A stretch of 64,000 nucleotides of DNA from Octopus sinensis. Taxonomy: Eukaryota. This document shows, in pieces, positions 40,093-52,322 of the stretch. Numbering within the stretch: position 1 is the first letter of the stretch; each line of letters begins with the position of its first letter. The position numbers and the translations under genes were made by a program. The notes under the pieces are model-generated. The model had not been told where the DNA came from and searched no databases. It saw nothing but the letters and a program-made list of their open reading frames with translations. The stretch spans positions 41,726,001 through 41,790,000 of the forward strand of contig NC_043008.1 in the NCBI RefSeq assembly GCF_006345805.1, given 5' to 3'.

Positions 40093-40237
40093 GCAGTATA
40101 CTTCACTCCTTCGGAGCTTATAATTCATTCACTCTCTGCACTGTTACATGAAAGGCAACAAGACATCGTTCAGGTCACAGAAATATTCAATCGACTAAAA
40201 ATTTCACATTTCCGGAGACTGGTGTTCACTGGAAGAT
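40093..40237 (+). CDS. Candidate coding exon, unknown gene (AVYFTPSELIIHSLSALLHERQQDIVQVTEIFNRLKISHFRRLVFTGR)
   Basis: Acceptor tttctctatttgttttcaacacag|G, donor T|gtaaga, and only one frame open; no homology recognised. Confidence 0.3.
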
Positions 40238-40666
40238 GTAAGAAACGTGGAAAGAGATTTTTTTTTATAAAACTAGAGTTAAAGCCATTCGCGAAAATGT
40301 TTCAAATGGGCAATAACAATTGGATTTTATGGAGGGTCAAAGATGGGAACAAAAACAGGACAGTGGAGACATGCGAGGAAACTGAACGAAAACAAACATG
40401 GAGGGTCGTTAGACCAGAACGAGGGGAAAGATAGTGAACGCTGAAAGAAATATTTTCTTTGAGAAGAGAAATATATATTTGTGTGTATGTGTGTTTGAGT
40501 TTGTGTTAATGTCCCCACAACCTAGCGGTTCAGCAAAATGGATTGATAGGAAAAGTTCCAGGCTTTTTAAAATAAGTACTGGGGTTGATTTATTCGACTA
40601 AAATATTCTCCAAAACGGTGACCCAGAGTAAAAGAAGTAAAATATAAAAGATATAGATATATATAT

Positions 40667-41073
40667 AGGCGCAGGAGTGACTGTGTGGTAAGTAGCTTGC
40701 TAAACAACCACATGGTTCCGGGTTCAGTCCCACTGCGTGGCATCTTGGGCAAGTGTCTTCTGCTATAGCCCCGGGCCGACCAATGCCTTGTGAGTGGATT
40801 TGGTAGACGGAAACTGAAAGAAGCCCGTCGTATATATGTATATATATATATATGTGTGTGTGTGTGTCTTTGTGTGTCTGTGTTTATCCCCCTAGCATTG
40901 CTTGACAACCGATGCTGGTGTGTTTATGTCCCCGTTACTTAGCGGTTCGGCAAAAGAGACCGATAGAATAAGTACTGGGCTTACAAAAAGAATAAGTCCC
41001 GGGTCGAGTTGCTCGATTAAAGGCGGTGCTCCAGCATAGCCGCAGTCAAATGACTGAAACAAGTAAAAGAGTA
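40667..41073 (+). mobile_element. tRNA-derived SINE, family A, full length
   Basis: Head and GAGTAAAA tail intact; near-identical to the 17149 and 38959 copies. Confidence 0.92.
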
Positions 41074-41074
41074 A

Positions 41075-41121
<47 letters not shown>

Positions 41122-42844
41122 TGTGTGTGTATATGTGTGTGTGTGGTTAGTATGTACATACAGGACGTTCTCCTCCTCCTTCCTCCCTCTCTACATACAT
41201 ACTAATGTATGTATGTCCGTGTGTGTATATTAAGAAGGAGGGAGAGAGGGTCCTCTCTGCTATCTACTTTTACCAAAGTATGTATTTTATCTTCTCACAA
41301 ACCCAACGTTAAAATAATTAATTTTAGAAATATCACGGTTTACTGAAAGAATAATCCCGAATATGTGCTACAGTATTAAACGGTAGTTTTGTATTTCCAT
41401 TTGCAATCATCAAATATTTCCATAGATTAACTCCCTATGCAAAAATGAATATTTTATAAAATCATAATACAAATATTTGCAAAGCCAGTAAATATAAATT
41501 ATATTCTTTTTTCTTTTATTGATCTTTTCAATGTTTTCAGAAATGCATTGGTATTTCGATCTTGTATTTTAAAAGGAAACGAATATTAATATTTACAAAT
41601 TGTAAGAGAATCTGCTATAATAGAGATGGAAATCCATCTCAGTATTTTGTATCTACGTTTTGTTATTCGTATTCTATCTCATATTTTATCCGAAATTCAG
41701 TATTTTACTTTATTTCTGTAGAATACTGTGAAAAAATGTGTTATAAAAGATATCGCTGCATTGAAAGATCAAGATGTCATTTTCCATCAGAAAACAATCC
41801 TAAAACAGTTTTACAGTTATCAAAACTAGTGTTAGAGCATTCGAGAAAAGATTTCAAATAATAATATTCATAAAACATATTAAAATCGCAATTGATATCT
41901 ACATTCAGGAGTATAGACTCTAGATTTAAATAATTTGGTGAATGTCACAGAACTGATGCTTCTGCTCAATATTTTAGAATAGTGCTAAAGTCCGAAGAAA
42001 GTTTTAAAGGGGTTCGTAGAATTCATTGGCAGAAAATAACTTTTGATGGAACAATATCATTGCATGTACGCTATGATTAAGTATTGTAGCTGACACGCAT
42101 GAGAGGGATTATTTCTTCATTTATTTTTAGGAATTAACGTTCAATGTTTCCGACGTCTGTTTACGAGGAGTAATTGAATGTCAACACATGACTGTTCATC
42201 AATTGAAAACATTTGCGTGATTTCTTTCAGCCTAGTAAAAAGAAAAGAAGTGGAATCTAGTGCAGTGACCGGGAATCCAGTGTGATTGGTAACAACGATC
42301 GTTGCTTTAATCATTCACGATTTGGATTTATTTATATCCTCGCAATTCATTCGAAATACTACAACGAGCTTGACACATGACGTCTATATCAATTTCTGAC
42401 AATCGTGAATTATTTCAGGGACGGTACGCATATTAATCCCAACAAATATATTGTGAGTAATCTTCTGCTTTGGAAAGTTGAAATGGTGAGAGTATCAACA
42501 CAATTTCTTGACACTGACGATTTCATAATTCGCTAAGAACAACTGCATCTAAGTCTCTGGGCCATAACTGTAGACAAAAGAAAGTATTAAATTTTTAAAA
42601 AATGGAAGTATACAGACCTCGTTGCCGAGAATTTGACACAAATACAATTTTAAAAAACACTATTTTGCATCACAAAATAGTGTTTGAAAAAATAAATAAA
42701 AATCACCCTCTTTACTTCTACTCGAGAATTCCAATAATATTTTTTTGTTGTTTTTTTTTAAATCAGTAATCGAAAAATTTAGCAGACATTCTTTAATCGA
42801 TAATGTAACATATTACTATTGTACAGTCGTCGAATGTCCAGATC

Positions 42845-43255
42845 GGCGCAGACGTTGCTGTATGGTAAGAAGTTTGCTTCAGAATCACATGGTTCCGGGT
42901 TCAGTCCCACTACGTTGCACATTGGACAAGTCTCTTCTAATATATCCCCGGGCCGACCAAAGCCTTGTGAGAGGATTTGGTAGACGGAAACTGAAAGAAG
43001 CCCGTCGTACATATGCATATGTGATGTATGTATCCTTCTCACCGTGTTTGCACCCCACCATTACATGACAACTGGTTTTGGGGTGTTTACGTACTTGTAA
43101 TGTTAAGGTTCGGCAAAAGTGGCCGATAGAGTAAGTAGAGGGCTTTAAAAAAAACAAATAAGAAAGGGGGCCGATTCGTTCGACTAAAATTCTTCAAGCC
43201 TGTACCCCCAGCATGGTCGCAGTCTAATGACTGAAATAAGTAAACAGTATAAGAT
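42845..43255 (+). mobile_element. tRNA-derived SINE, family A, diverged
   Basis: ggttccgggttcagtcccact, gatttggtagacggaaactgaaagaagcccgtcg, tail gactgaaataagtaaa. Confidence 0.85.
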
Positions 43256-43697
43256 AAAATATATATTGGAGCGTCGGAAGAAATGCCTGGTGGTATTTTT
43301 CTGCCTCCTTGGATTCTGATTTGAAATCCTGATGAGGCCAGCTTTTATGTAATCTATCGACGAGGGTCCATTAATTAAGTATTCTATAAAATTAATCTAT
43401 GAATGATATTTGATAAATTATATACTAACATAGAGTAGAGGACTAGCGAAGTAACTAGAGCACCAGAAGGAATAACTTGCAATATTTAGTCGAGCTTTTG
43501 GCTTACTGATTTCTAATCTCGTTGAGGCCTACTTTAACACCGCTAGATAGCCCTAATCTGACTTTATAAAAGCCCACTCTGTTGCAAGCATTTGAACCTA
43601 GTGCCGGAGTTAAATATACTTTCTTCTTTCCCATCCACCATACTTCGACTCTTCAAAAAACATTATTCCCTTCCACTGAAATTTGCAGATGTTAAGA

Positions 43698-44112
43698 CTT
43701 TACTCTTTTGCTGTTTTCAGTCATTTGACTGCGGCCATGCTAGAGCACCGCCTTTAGTCGAGCAAATCGAACCCAGGACTTATTCTTTGTAAGCATAGTA
43801 CTTATCCTATCGGGCTCTTTTGCCGAACCGCTAGATTACAGGGACGTAAACCCACCAGCATCGATTGTCAAGCGATATTGTCGGGACAAACACACACACA
43901 CACAAACATATACACACACACACATGTATATATATATATATACATATATACGACGGGCTTCTTTCAGTTTCCTCTACCAAATCCACTCACAAGGCTTTGG
44001 TCGGCCCAAGGCTATAGTAGAAGACACTTGCCCAAGGTGCCACGCAATGGGAATGAACCCGCAACCATGTGGTTGGTAAGCAAGCCACTTACCACACAGT
44101 CATTCCTGCGCC
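43698..44112 (-). mobile_element. tRNA-derived SINE, family A
   Basis: Same blocks in reverse orientation. Confidence 0.88.
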
Positions 44113-45107
44113 ACTTTCTTTAGACTTTACCAGTATTCTATACGATCAAAAAGTGACATCGCCTCTTCTCCTACACCTAAAATAACTTTTAAATTAGAGA
44201 CTATATTGTTTGGATTTTGAATAGCAATTATAATCTTCAGTTGTTTCGGGATAATTCTCTGATGCTCTAGCTTTCATTTTCATAACTGTGTAAACTTCTT
44301 AAAGATTTTCCAATGAGAAATGGTTTCTCGATGTTGAAAGGTTAAATTTCAGAAAAGATATTTTCTTCTTTTTTCTGCAGAAATTAGTTGTGATGGTGAA
44401 TATGAGATAGAAACAGATAAAATGCTAAGAAAAGAACATATCCATAAATTGACAGCATTTCCACTACTATTGACAATAGAATTGTAAATATGTTGAGTAG
44501 TTCTTTCGCTTGTAGTACTCCATACATTGCATATGGTAGTAGTGACGAAAAGAGGTCCTATCTAACAAGTATGTGTATCCGTGTGCCTGTGTCTGTGTGT
44601 CTGTGTGTGTTTGAAGCTCCATAATTTAAGTTCGTGGATACTCCGGTAATTAAGATTATGCATAACACACGTCTTCGGCTTCATTAAATATTTAGTATTT
44701 ATACTTAACGAATACAATATTTGTTGAGGATTTATTACTTCCTAATTGTTTACGAAACTTGAAACAATCATAGTTAAGTGTTTGCTAAGAGATGTAAGGA
44801 AACAAATATGACAGAATTTTCATACAATTACCTGCTGAATTATTGCGCATTTTATGTAAATGTGATTAGCTTCATAGAAAGGTGTGCAGGCTTCGGGAAA
44901 TGAAACCCGTAAATTTGCATTAATGGATATTAACACCGAAAGAGAAGTTAAATCTTTTCAATAGGGAATCCTTTCCTCCCCTCCTCAGCTACCGCTTCCC
45001 CTACGCAGTGAATTTGCATCTTATTCTACAGCACTCCCTAGTAGCACATCTATCATGAATTCGCTGAGTCGTTAAGGATCCCACGCAAAACTTTGTTCCA
45101 CCTTAAA

Positions 45108-45275
45108 GCAGCGATCTGGCAGAATCGTTAGCACACCGATCAAAATTCTTAGCAACATTTCATCCATTTTTACGTTCTGGGTTCAAATTCCACCAAGGTC
45201 GAATTTACCTTTCATACTTTCGACGTCGATGAAAGAAATATTAGTTCAATACTAGGGTTGATGTAATCCAGTCTA
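45108..45275 (+). mobile_element. tRNA-derived SINE, family B, diverged
   Basis: gcagcgatctggcagaatcgttagcac head and gggttcaaattcc B box. Confidence 0.75.
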
Positions 45276-45317
45276 ATATAGCAGAAACTCCCTGTGCCTT
45301 GAGCTCGCGTTCGCACT

Positions 45318-45654
45318 AGGCATAGGAATGACTGTGTGGTAAGTAGCTTGCTTCCGGGTTCAGTCCCACTACGTGGTGCCTTGGGCGAGTGTTTTCTACT
45401 ATAGCCTCGAGCCTACCAAAGACTTGTGAGTGGATTTGGTAGACGGAAACTGAAAGAAGCCCGTCGTATGTATGTATATATATATATATATATGCGTGTG
45501 TATATGTTTGTGTCTGGGTTTGTCCCCTCTAACATCCGATGCTGGTATGTTTAAGTCCCCGTAACTTAGCGGTTCAGCAAAAGAGACAGATAGAATAAGT
45601 ACTAGGCTTACTAGGCGGTGCTCCAGCATGCCCACAGTCACATGACTGAAACAA
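45318..45654 (+). mobile_element. tRNA-derived SINE, family A with internal deletions
   Basis: tgtgtggtaagtagcttgc, gtggatttggtagacggaaactgaaagaagcccgtcg, ggcggtgctccagcatg tail. Confidence 0.85.
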
Positions 45655-45698
45655 GGCTTTCCTATTTGGAAGCCTCTTATTGTATTTCTATGTGAATA

Positions 45699-45773
<75 letters not shown>

Positions 45774-47121
45774 TCACTATCAATCATACTCAATAAATCT
45801 TGCTCAGGCCTAAACACTTGCAAAGCGTTGGTCAATGTCGACTGACACAGCTTCTAAATATGGAATACAACTATTGAGAGTCATTGCAATGTAGCAATGC
45901 TTACGTCCTCATTTAAATGAAACGGTGATGAATCTGAAGAAGTCCAAATGGCACCAGTCTAGACTATAAAGGTGAAACTATAATTTATGTTGTTCACCTC
46001 CCTCCCGAAAAAATAATTACCACCCACCAGGTAATGTGGAATTTTATCAGTTATGAAGGTAACCAAGTTATAGTCTCAAATGGCCACTGGCATTATTCTT
46101 GTTCTACAGCGATTGATGAACATTTAATGATTGATATCAGTGCGCTGAATAGGATCATTGATTATCAAAACCATTGGATTACCGGTAAAATGTATTCCAG
46201 GTCTTAGCTTCGTCTACTTCAGCCATGAGTTCTGTCGAAATTCTGTCGAGGATAAGGGCTTCCATTTGGTATGTTGATATAGTACATATTTTCTTCTTCT
46301 AGTAAATCAGTTTATTCTACAAGAGAAAAATCCCTTAACCCTACCTTTTTTTCTGGGAAAATGAGAACTCTGGGTGCCCCCCCCCCCAATCTCAAGACAT
46401 TCGTAATTGCTATAACGTAGCTCTTTCCAAAAGACAAACTGTCAGATTGACCGACACAAAGAACGGCAGAAAGAATTAATCAGAGAGAAAAAGCTGGAAA
46501 AGAATAACTGGAATGTTATAAAGGAATATAATGAGATCGAATTATTATTAATTAGTTCTCATCGTGCCTCTCAACACCTTAATAGTGCCTTAGTTTCGCC
46601 GTTACGAAATACAGCGTATCTTGGGCATTTTTCGATGTGGTTGCGTCCATTCCTTTCCAGGTTTGTCCACAGCTGATTTCCTTGAGAAATGCACACAGAC
46701 AGAAAGAAATACAGAGTAAGGGAAGAATCAACAAAGTACAGGGATGGTAATTTATTTATCAACCTCGCAAGTGTTTGCATTAACAGTACAGAGAGCCGGA
46801 ACGACTTTCCAGAACGATTTGCCGTAGCGCCATCGCTCCATCCTTTTAATGCTTCTACAAATATGACGCCCAAGCATTTAATCCATTCACCAGAATACGC
46901 TATTAAAGTGAAGAATTATGAAAATATCGGAATAAAATCTTTCCTGTTGTTGATTATGTCCCTTTTGTGTTGTAAATTGAAATCTCAGACAGATTGGTCC
47001 CAAGGTCAATGCAATAAGTAACTGCAAGTTCTGGAGTTATTTCGATCAAGTTTACGATTTATATATACATTTCTAACTAACTTCCTACCAGAGTTAGAAA
47101 TCAGGATTAAATCTTTTGCAG

Positions 47122-47168
47122 CTGTGAATGCCGTGAACCGCGTCAGTTTGCAGGAATTTCTATCTAAC
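47122..47168 (+). CDS. Candidate short coding exon (xVNAVNRVSLQEFLSN)
   Basis: Acceptor aatcttttgcag|CT and consensus donor AAC|gtaagt; phase 1 to 0, compatible with 40093-40237. Confidence 0.3.
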
Positions 47169-48959
47169 GTAAGTTTGTGTGCAAGAAAAATTCCGACAGG
47201 AAAGTTATTTGTGAATATTACTGAGCTAGTCTAAAGGATAAGTAACAAAGATAAATAAAATTGTATTATTTTGTGGTGATAAAATTAAACCTACATTTGC
47301 TGATAAAGAATATCATTACGTTTTAATGTTTTAACACATGTCTTTTTCTGCACATAAAGATAAATAAATATAGAGACAGACAGAGTTATAATCAGATAGA
47401 AAGACACGGAAGACAACGTAGAACAAAATGTTCAACACGGGAAGTGCCAAGAAAATATTTGTACACTGATCTCTTATGATGTACACTCATAAGTAAATCA
47501 CAGCAATACGCATTGCTTTTATCAAAACTTGTTGAGTGACAATTAAAATGGACGAATGTGGTATTTGAGCTCTGAACATAAAGAAAATCGCAATTAAACA
47601 ACGGTGGGGGTAGATTCTCCTTCTATTTCGAAAATCATTTATTAGGTTGTTCCAACAACTGAATTTCTCATATTGCAACTTTAACGCAATCATTAGGCCG
47701 AATTAGAGTGGCAACATGTGAGAATATTGGAAATTAATTTTACAAGTACAGTCAAGAGTGCGAGAGAGAGAATGTGGGAGCGAATCTATCAAAGTACTTG
47801 ATTGATTTTATTTTAACGATGGTCAAAAGTAACTGATAAATTTTTTCCTGTCAAGATTTGAACTGAGAGCGTAGATGATCAGACGATATTCCATACGGAA
47901 TTCTATCCGAGTATTTGATTTATCTACCGAGCGTTTAGATAGGATCTCTGCTTTCTCTGCCACACACCACTGGCTCATCCGCAAAGCTAATTTTGGTATC
48001 TTACTTCAATATAATCGAAAAGACGTATAAAGGCGTGAAATTATAGTAGGTTAATGTATCTTCCCCAAGAATATTAGTGGCACAAGTGAAGTGAAATAAT
48101 TGAAATATCTCCAACTGGCATTCAAAACTAGTTGCAAAAATTGGTTCACTAAAAACTAGCCTCTCGCTCTACATCACTCACCAGTTATTCCAACCTCAAA
48201 TTTAAAATAGATTTAACAAATGTCGTTTGTTTAGTTATGGTAGATCTAAATTTGGTTTCTATATGCAAACCTAATCATAAGAGATTTAGGTAGCTTTTGA
48301 TTTCAAAAATATTGCTTCTATACTCGCTAGCAAATTTTAATGACGTTTCTTTTATCTATGCCAGTGAGGTTGGTCTAGATTTCACCCTGAAGTTACACAC
48401 ATTAAAAACGTTAGGAAAGCACGCAAACTAAACACGCTCACAGCCAACGTAGAAATAGGTGGCTGCATAGAATAAACTAGTTTGTAACGAACAGAGCAGC
48501 CATGCTGTTGAGTTATATATAAAAGTCACAATTTTCCATTGCTAATTCGGAACTTTGAACAGTCAATTGCTGGAAGAGATAGCTATTTTCGTCAGATTTC
48601 TCACTAAATGTGCGGAAAAGCCTAACCTTACACTGTCATGCATTTTCATTTGTATACGTATAAACTACGTTGCTTTTGATATCATCGATACGTTTATTCA
48701 ACAAATTGCGCTGGAATTTACTTAGTACTCAGTGCCGAATACCAAACTGCCGATAACAATCATGTCGCTCATCGGTTTTACGTGCCGTTTAATTCGCTGA
48801 ATTGGTATGATTATGAGATAAATAGACATGTTGTCAGATGAAAGATCCGATAAAGATGAAAATAAATTAGTTTCCATTTTCTTCCTTCAACCCAGCCGCT
48901 TGCTTTTGAAGCCATTTTTCGAATAACAAGTGAAAGCCATAAAATATGACTATACCTAC

Positions 48960-49006
<47 letters not shown>

Positions 49007-49106
49007 TATGTGTGTGTGTGTGTGCGTGTGTGCATATATATATATCTGCATAAAAATAGGCATACCTCTTACACACGCATAGTAATGCATGTATACATAC
49101 ACACAC

Positions 49107-49167
<61 letters not shown>

Positions 49168-49411
49168 GGCTAAACCCTATCATCGCAAATATGCATATAC
49201 ATGAATGCACACACATGCACACATGTGCATACATAAACATTAATATTCGCATATACTTAGTTCTATATGAACGTTCGTATACATATATGTATATTAAAAT
49301 ATATATTATGCATATATGTATATATACATACATATACACACACACTTACACACATATGTCTATCTATATATATGTATATATATATATATATATATTTATA
49401 AATATTATATA

Positions 49412-49443
<32 letters not shown>

Positions 49444-49460
49444 ATATTATATATATATAT

Positions 49461-49501
<41 letters not shown>

Positions 49502-50172
49502 GTGTGTGTGTATATATTTACGCACACATGTAGGGAGAAAGAAAGAGAGATAGAGAGAGGGAGAAAGGTGCAGGAAAGAGGCAGACTCACACATAAGATC
49601 GATACCGTACGTGAAATACATATAAATACAGGTGATTGGGGTGGGGGTGGCTGAGAAAAAAAAATTATCATCCAAACGTTATTATCAATACATTGGAATG
49701 TAGATTTGTAAATCTAATAACATAACCTTTGAATGAACTTGTATTGTGCCTTTAATTTATACAACGATTTCCATCGAACAATTGCTGTTGACCGCTAGAT
49801 AACTGGCCAGCAATAGATTCGTTGGCTAGTAGTTTGTAGCTGCAGACATGCATAATGAAAATATCAGATGTAGCTGGGGAAAAGAAAAATCTACCATATT
49901 GAATGAGAAGAATCAGAGGGGGGAAGAAATCAATATTATCCGCTTTCCTATTCAACATGAATGCATTTCTTTATATTGTGGTCGTTTTCTCCTGGTTAGG
50001 ATCATGATGTGGTTGGTTAAATAAAACTAGTAGTGTACATAAGATTATTCAATCGACGTTAAGTCTATTAGAAGATTCGTTCCTTTCTCAGATATGGTTA
50101 TGTAAAATTGCGTGCAGTTTCCTACATGCTATTCTGTGTGTGTATAATATATATATATATATATATATATAC

Positions 50173-50874
50173 GCGAGAAAGAAGCAACAAGAATGGATAG
50201 GTTTTTAGTACAATCGTTTCATACAAGGACAGGCTTTATTAAAAGTTGCAAAAATTACAGCATATATACGTGTCCCGTACTCATCAGCTAAAATACATGT
50301 GAGTTCTCTAGACATCCTAGTGGTTGAGGCTATACTCATGAAGTAATGTAGATAATTAAGTAACATAAACAGATTTCCAAAGTTCATTAAAGTTCTTTAA
50401 AGATGGTGTTCAGTCTTATCACAGAATTTTAAAAAAGTTTTAATAGCATCACAGAGAAGGTGACCTAATCCATAGTGCACATATGAATTTCCAGAGATAT
50501 GATGAGGGATTACATACTCACAGAAGACAAATTTATCCATTGTTAATCACAACGAGGTGGGTCTCAATTCCTGCTTATTAGCATTACAGAGAGGGTGATG
50601 CTATTAAAACTTTTTTAAAATTCTGTGATAAGACTGAACACCATCTTTAAAGAACTTTAATGAACTTTGGAAATCTGTTTATGTTACTTAATTATCTACA
50701 TTACTTCATGAGTATAGCCTCAACCACTAGGATGTCTAGAGAACTCACATGTATTTTAGCTGATGAGTACGGGACACGTTTATATGCTGTAATTTTTGCA
50801 ACTTTTAATAAAGCCTGTCCTTGTATGAAACGATTGTACTAAAAACCTATCCATTCTTGTTGCTTCTTTCTCGC
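50173..50874. repeat. Long inverted repeat: 280-bp arms (279/280 identical) with a 142-bp spacer
   Basis: 50173-50452 is the reverse complement of 50595-50874 except one base (catatatacg versus catataaacg); the ORF track shows twin ORFs 50205-50387(-) and 50660-50842(+) differing by one residue. Confidence 0.97.
50209..50298 (+). CDS. Candidate 90-nt exon inside the left arm (YNRFIQGQALLKVAKITAYIRVPYSSAKIH)
   Basis: gtttttag|TAC...CAT|gtgagt, phase 0-0, open frame; short pyrimidine tract; no homology recognised. Confidence 0.25.
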
Positions 50875-50987
50875 TTATAATCACCCCACATTACTGTATT
50901 GTTAAAATAGTATATAGTTTTTTTGGTGCATCTAAGTTAGGTACCATATTCAAGTAAATTCATTTAAATTAACTTGAATCTTTATTG

Positions 50988-51065
<78 letters not shown>

Positions 51066-51089
51066 TATATATATATATATATATATATT

Positions 51090-51290
51090 TAATCTTTTCA
51101 TACTTTGATACATTTATTTGTTTCGGTGGCCATGCTGGAGCACCGCCTTTAGTGGAGTAAATCTTATTCATTGTAAGCCTAGAACCTATTCTATGGGTCA
51201 CTTTTGCCGAAACGCTAGGTGACGGGGACGTAAACACAGCAGTATCGATGTTTTAGCGATGTTAGGGGGGAGGCAAACACAGGCCACAAA

Positions 51291-51337
<47 letters not shown>

Positions 51338-51473
51338 GGTGGGCTTCTTTCTGTTTCCGTCTACCAAATCTACTCACAAGGCTTTGGTCGGGCCGAGGCT
51401 ATATTAAAAGACACTTGCGCAAAGTGGCCAGAATCCGGAAAGTTGTGGTTGGTAAGCAAGCTACTTACCACAC
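51090..51473 (-). mobile_element. tRNA-derived SINE, family A
   Basis: ggccatgctggagcaccgcc tail block, ctaccaaatctactcacaagg, ctacttaccacaca head. Confidence 0.85.
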
Positions 51474-51479
51474 ATCAAT

Positions 51480-51835
51480 ACATTGATACTTTGATAGGTT
51501 TCAGCCAGTAGTGGCCCAGGCCATGTCTAGATTAATAGCACCATCTGGAAAAATCATTCAAATCAGGAATCGGACAACATGGCCGACTCAAGTAGAGAGT
51601 TATTGTTTACGGAGACATATCCGGGATTTCTTGAAAGATTGGGTCTGAAGACTTCTTGAATTACATGGGGTCTAACTCTGGTTTAATGTATTTTGGTATT
51701 GTGTTAAAGATAGCGGGGCCAATTGAGGTGAAATAATTGTGCTGTATTGTTGCTTTGCGATGCGAATATGATTTTTTTTTGTAGGCGGATAGCACGGGGT
51801 GCAAGTATTGGGTGCATCTTAAAGGCGATGCCAAC
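51480..51835 (-). mobile_element. CR1/L2-type LINE 3' end
   Basis: Minus strand gives GIAFKMHPILAPRAIR..HNYFTSIGPAIFNTIPKYIK..FKKSSDPIFQEIPD..GYVSVNNNSLLE, then a 3' UTR ending catggcctgggccactactggctgaaacctatcaaagtatcaa. Confidence 0.8.
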
Positions 51836-51944
51836 ATAGAGAAAGGAAGAAAGAGAAAATGAAAGGGGGAGAGAGAGAGAAAACGAAAGGGGGAGAGAGA
51901 GAACGGTAAGAATAGAGTCGCATCAAAATTAACAAGATTAACTT

Positions 51945-52322
51945 ACTTGGAAATGAATGCGTGGCGTTGAATCACATAGGAGGAGGTGGAGAAGCCCTTC
52001 GGTCATGAATGACCATGAGATTGCGCCTAGAAAGTTACCTCCGAGGCACAAGTCAGGGCAAGATTGTTTGGGGAAGGCTAGCAATCGCCCATGCATACCA
52101 GACTTCACTCTCCACACCATTGATGTTATCCAAGGGAAAGGCAAAGGCCGATACAGCTTGGCACCAGTGATGTCGCAACTCATTTCTACAGCTAAGTTAA
52201 CTGAGGCAACGTGAAATAAAGTGTCTAGCTCAAGAACACAACACACAGACCGGTCCGGGAATCGAACTCACAACCTCACGATCGTAAGCTCTACGCTCTA
52301 ACCAATAAGCCATGTGTCTTCA
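51945..52322 (-). mobile_element. tRNA-derived SINE, family D
   Basis: Reverse-complement head gtgaagacacatggcttattggttagagcgtagagc...gagttcgattcccgg (A and B boxes), then a body containing gagttgcgacatcactggtgccaagctgtatcggcc. Confidence 0.8.

Noticed and set aside
43325-43345. CTGATGAGGCC as a hammerhead core
   Set aside because: It lies in a decayed family B SINE B-box region and has no GAAA partner.
48514-48545. TATATAAAAG as a TATA-box promoter
   Set aside because: Such strings are expected by chance in this AT-rich DNA; no convincing initiator or downstream exon.
50759-50785. CTGATGAG in the right arm of the long inverted repeat as a hammerhead core
   Set aside because: No GAAA follows the putative stem II (it reads GTTT).
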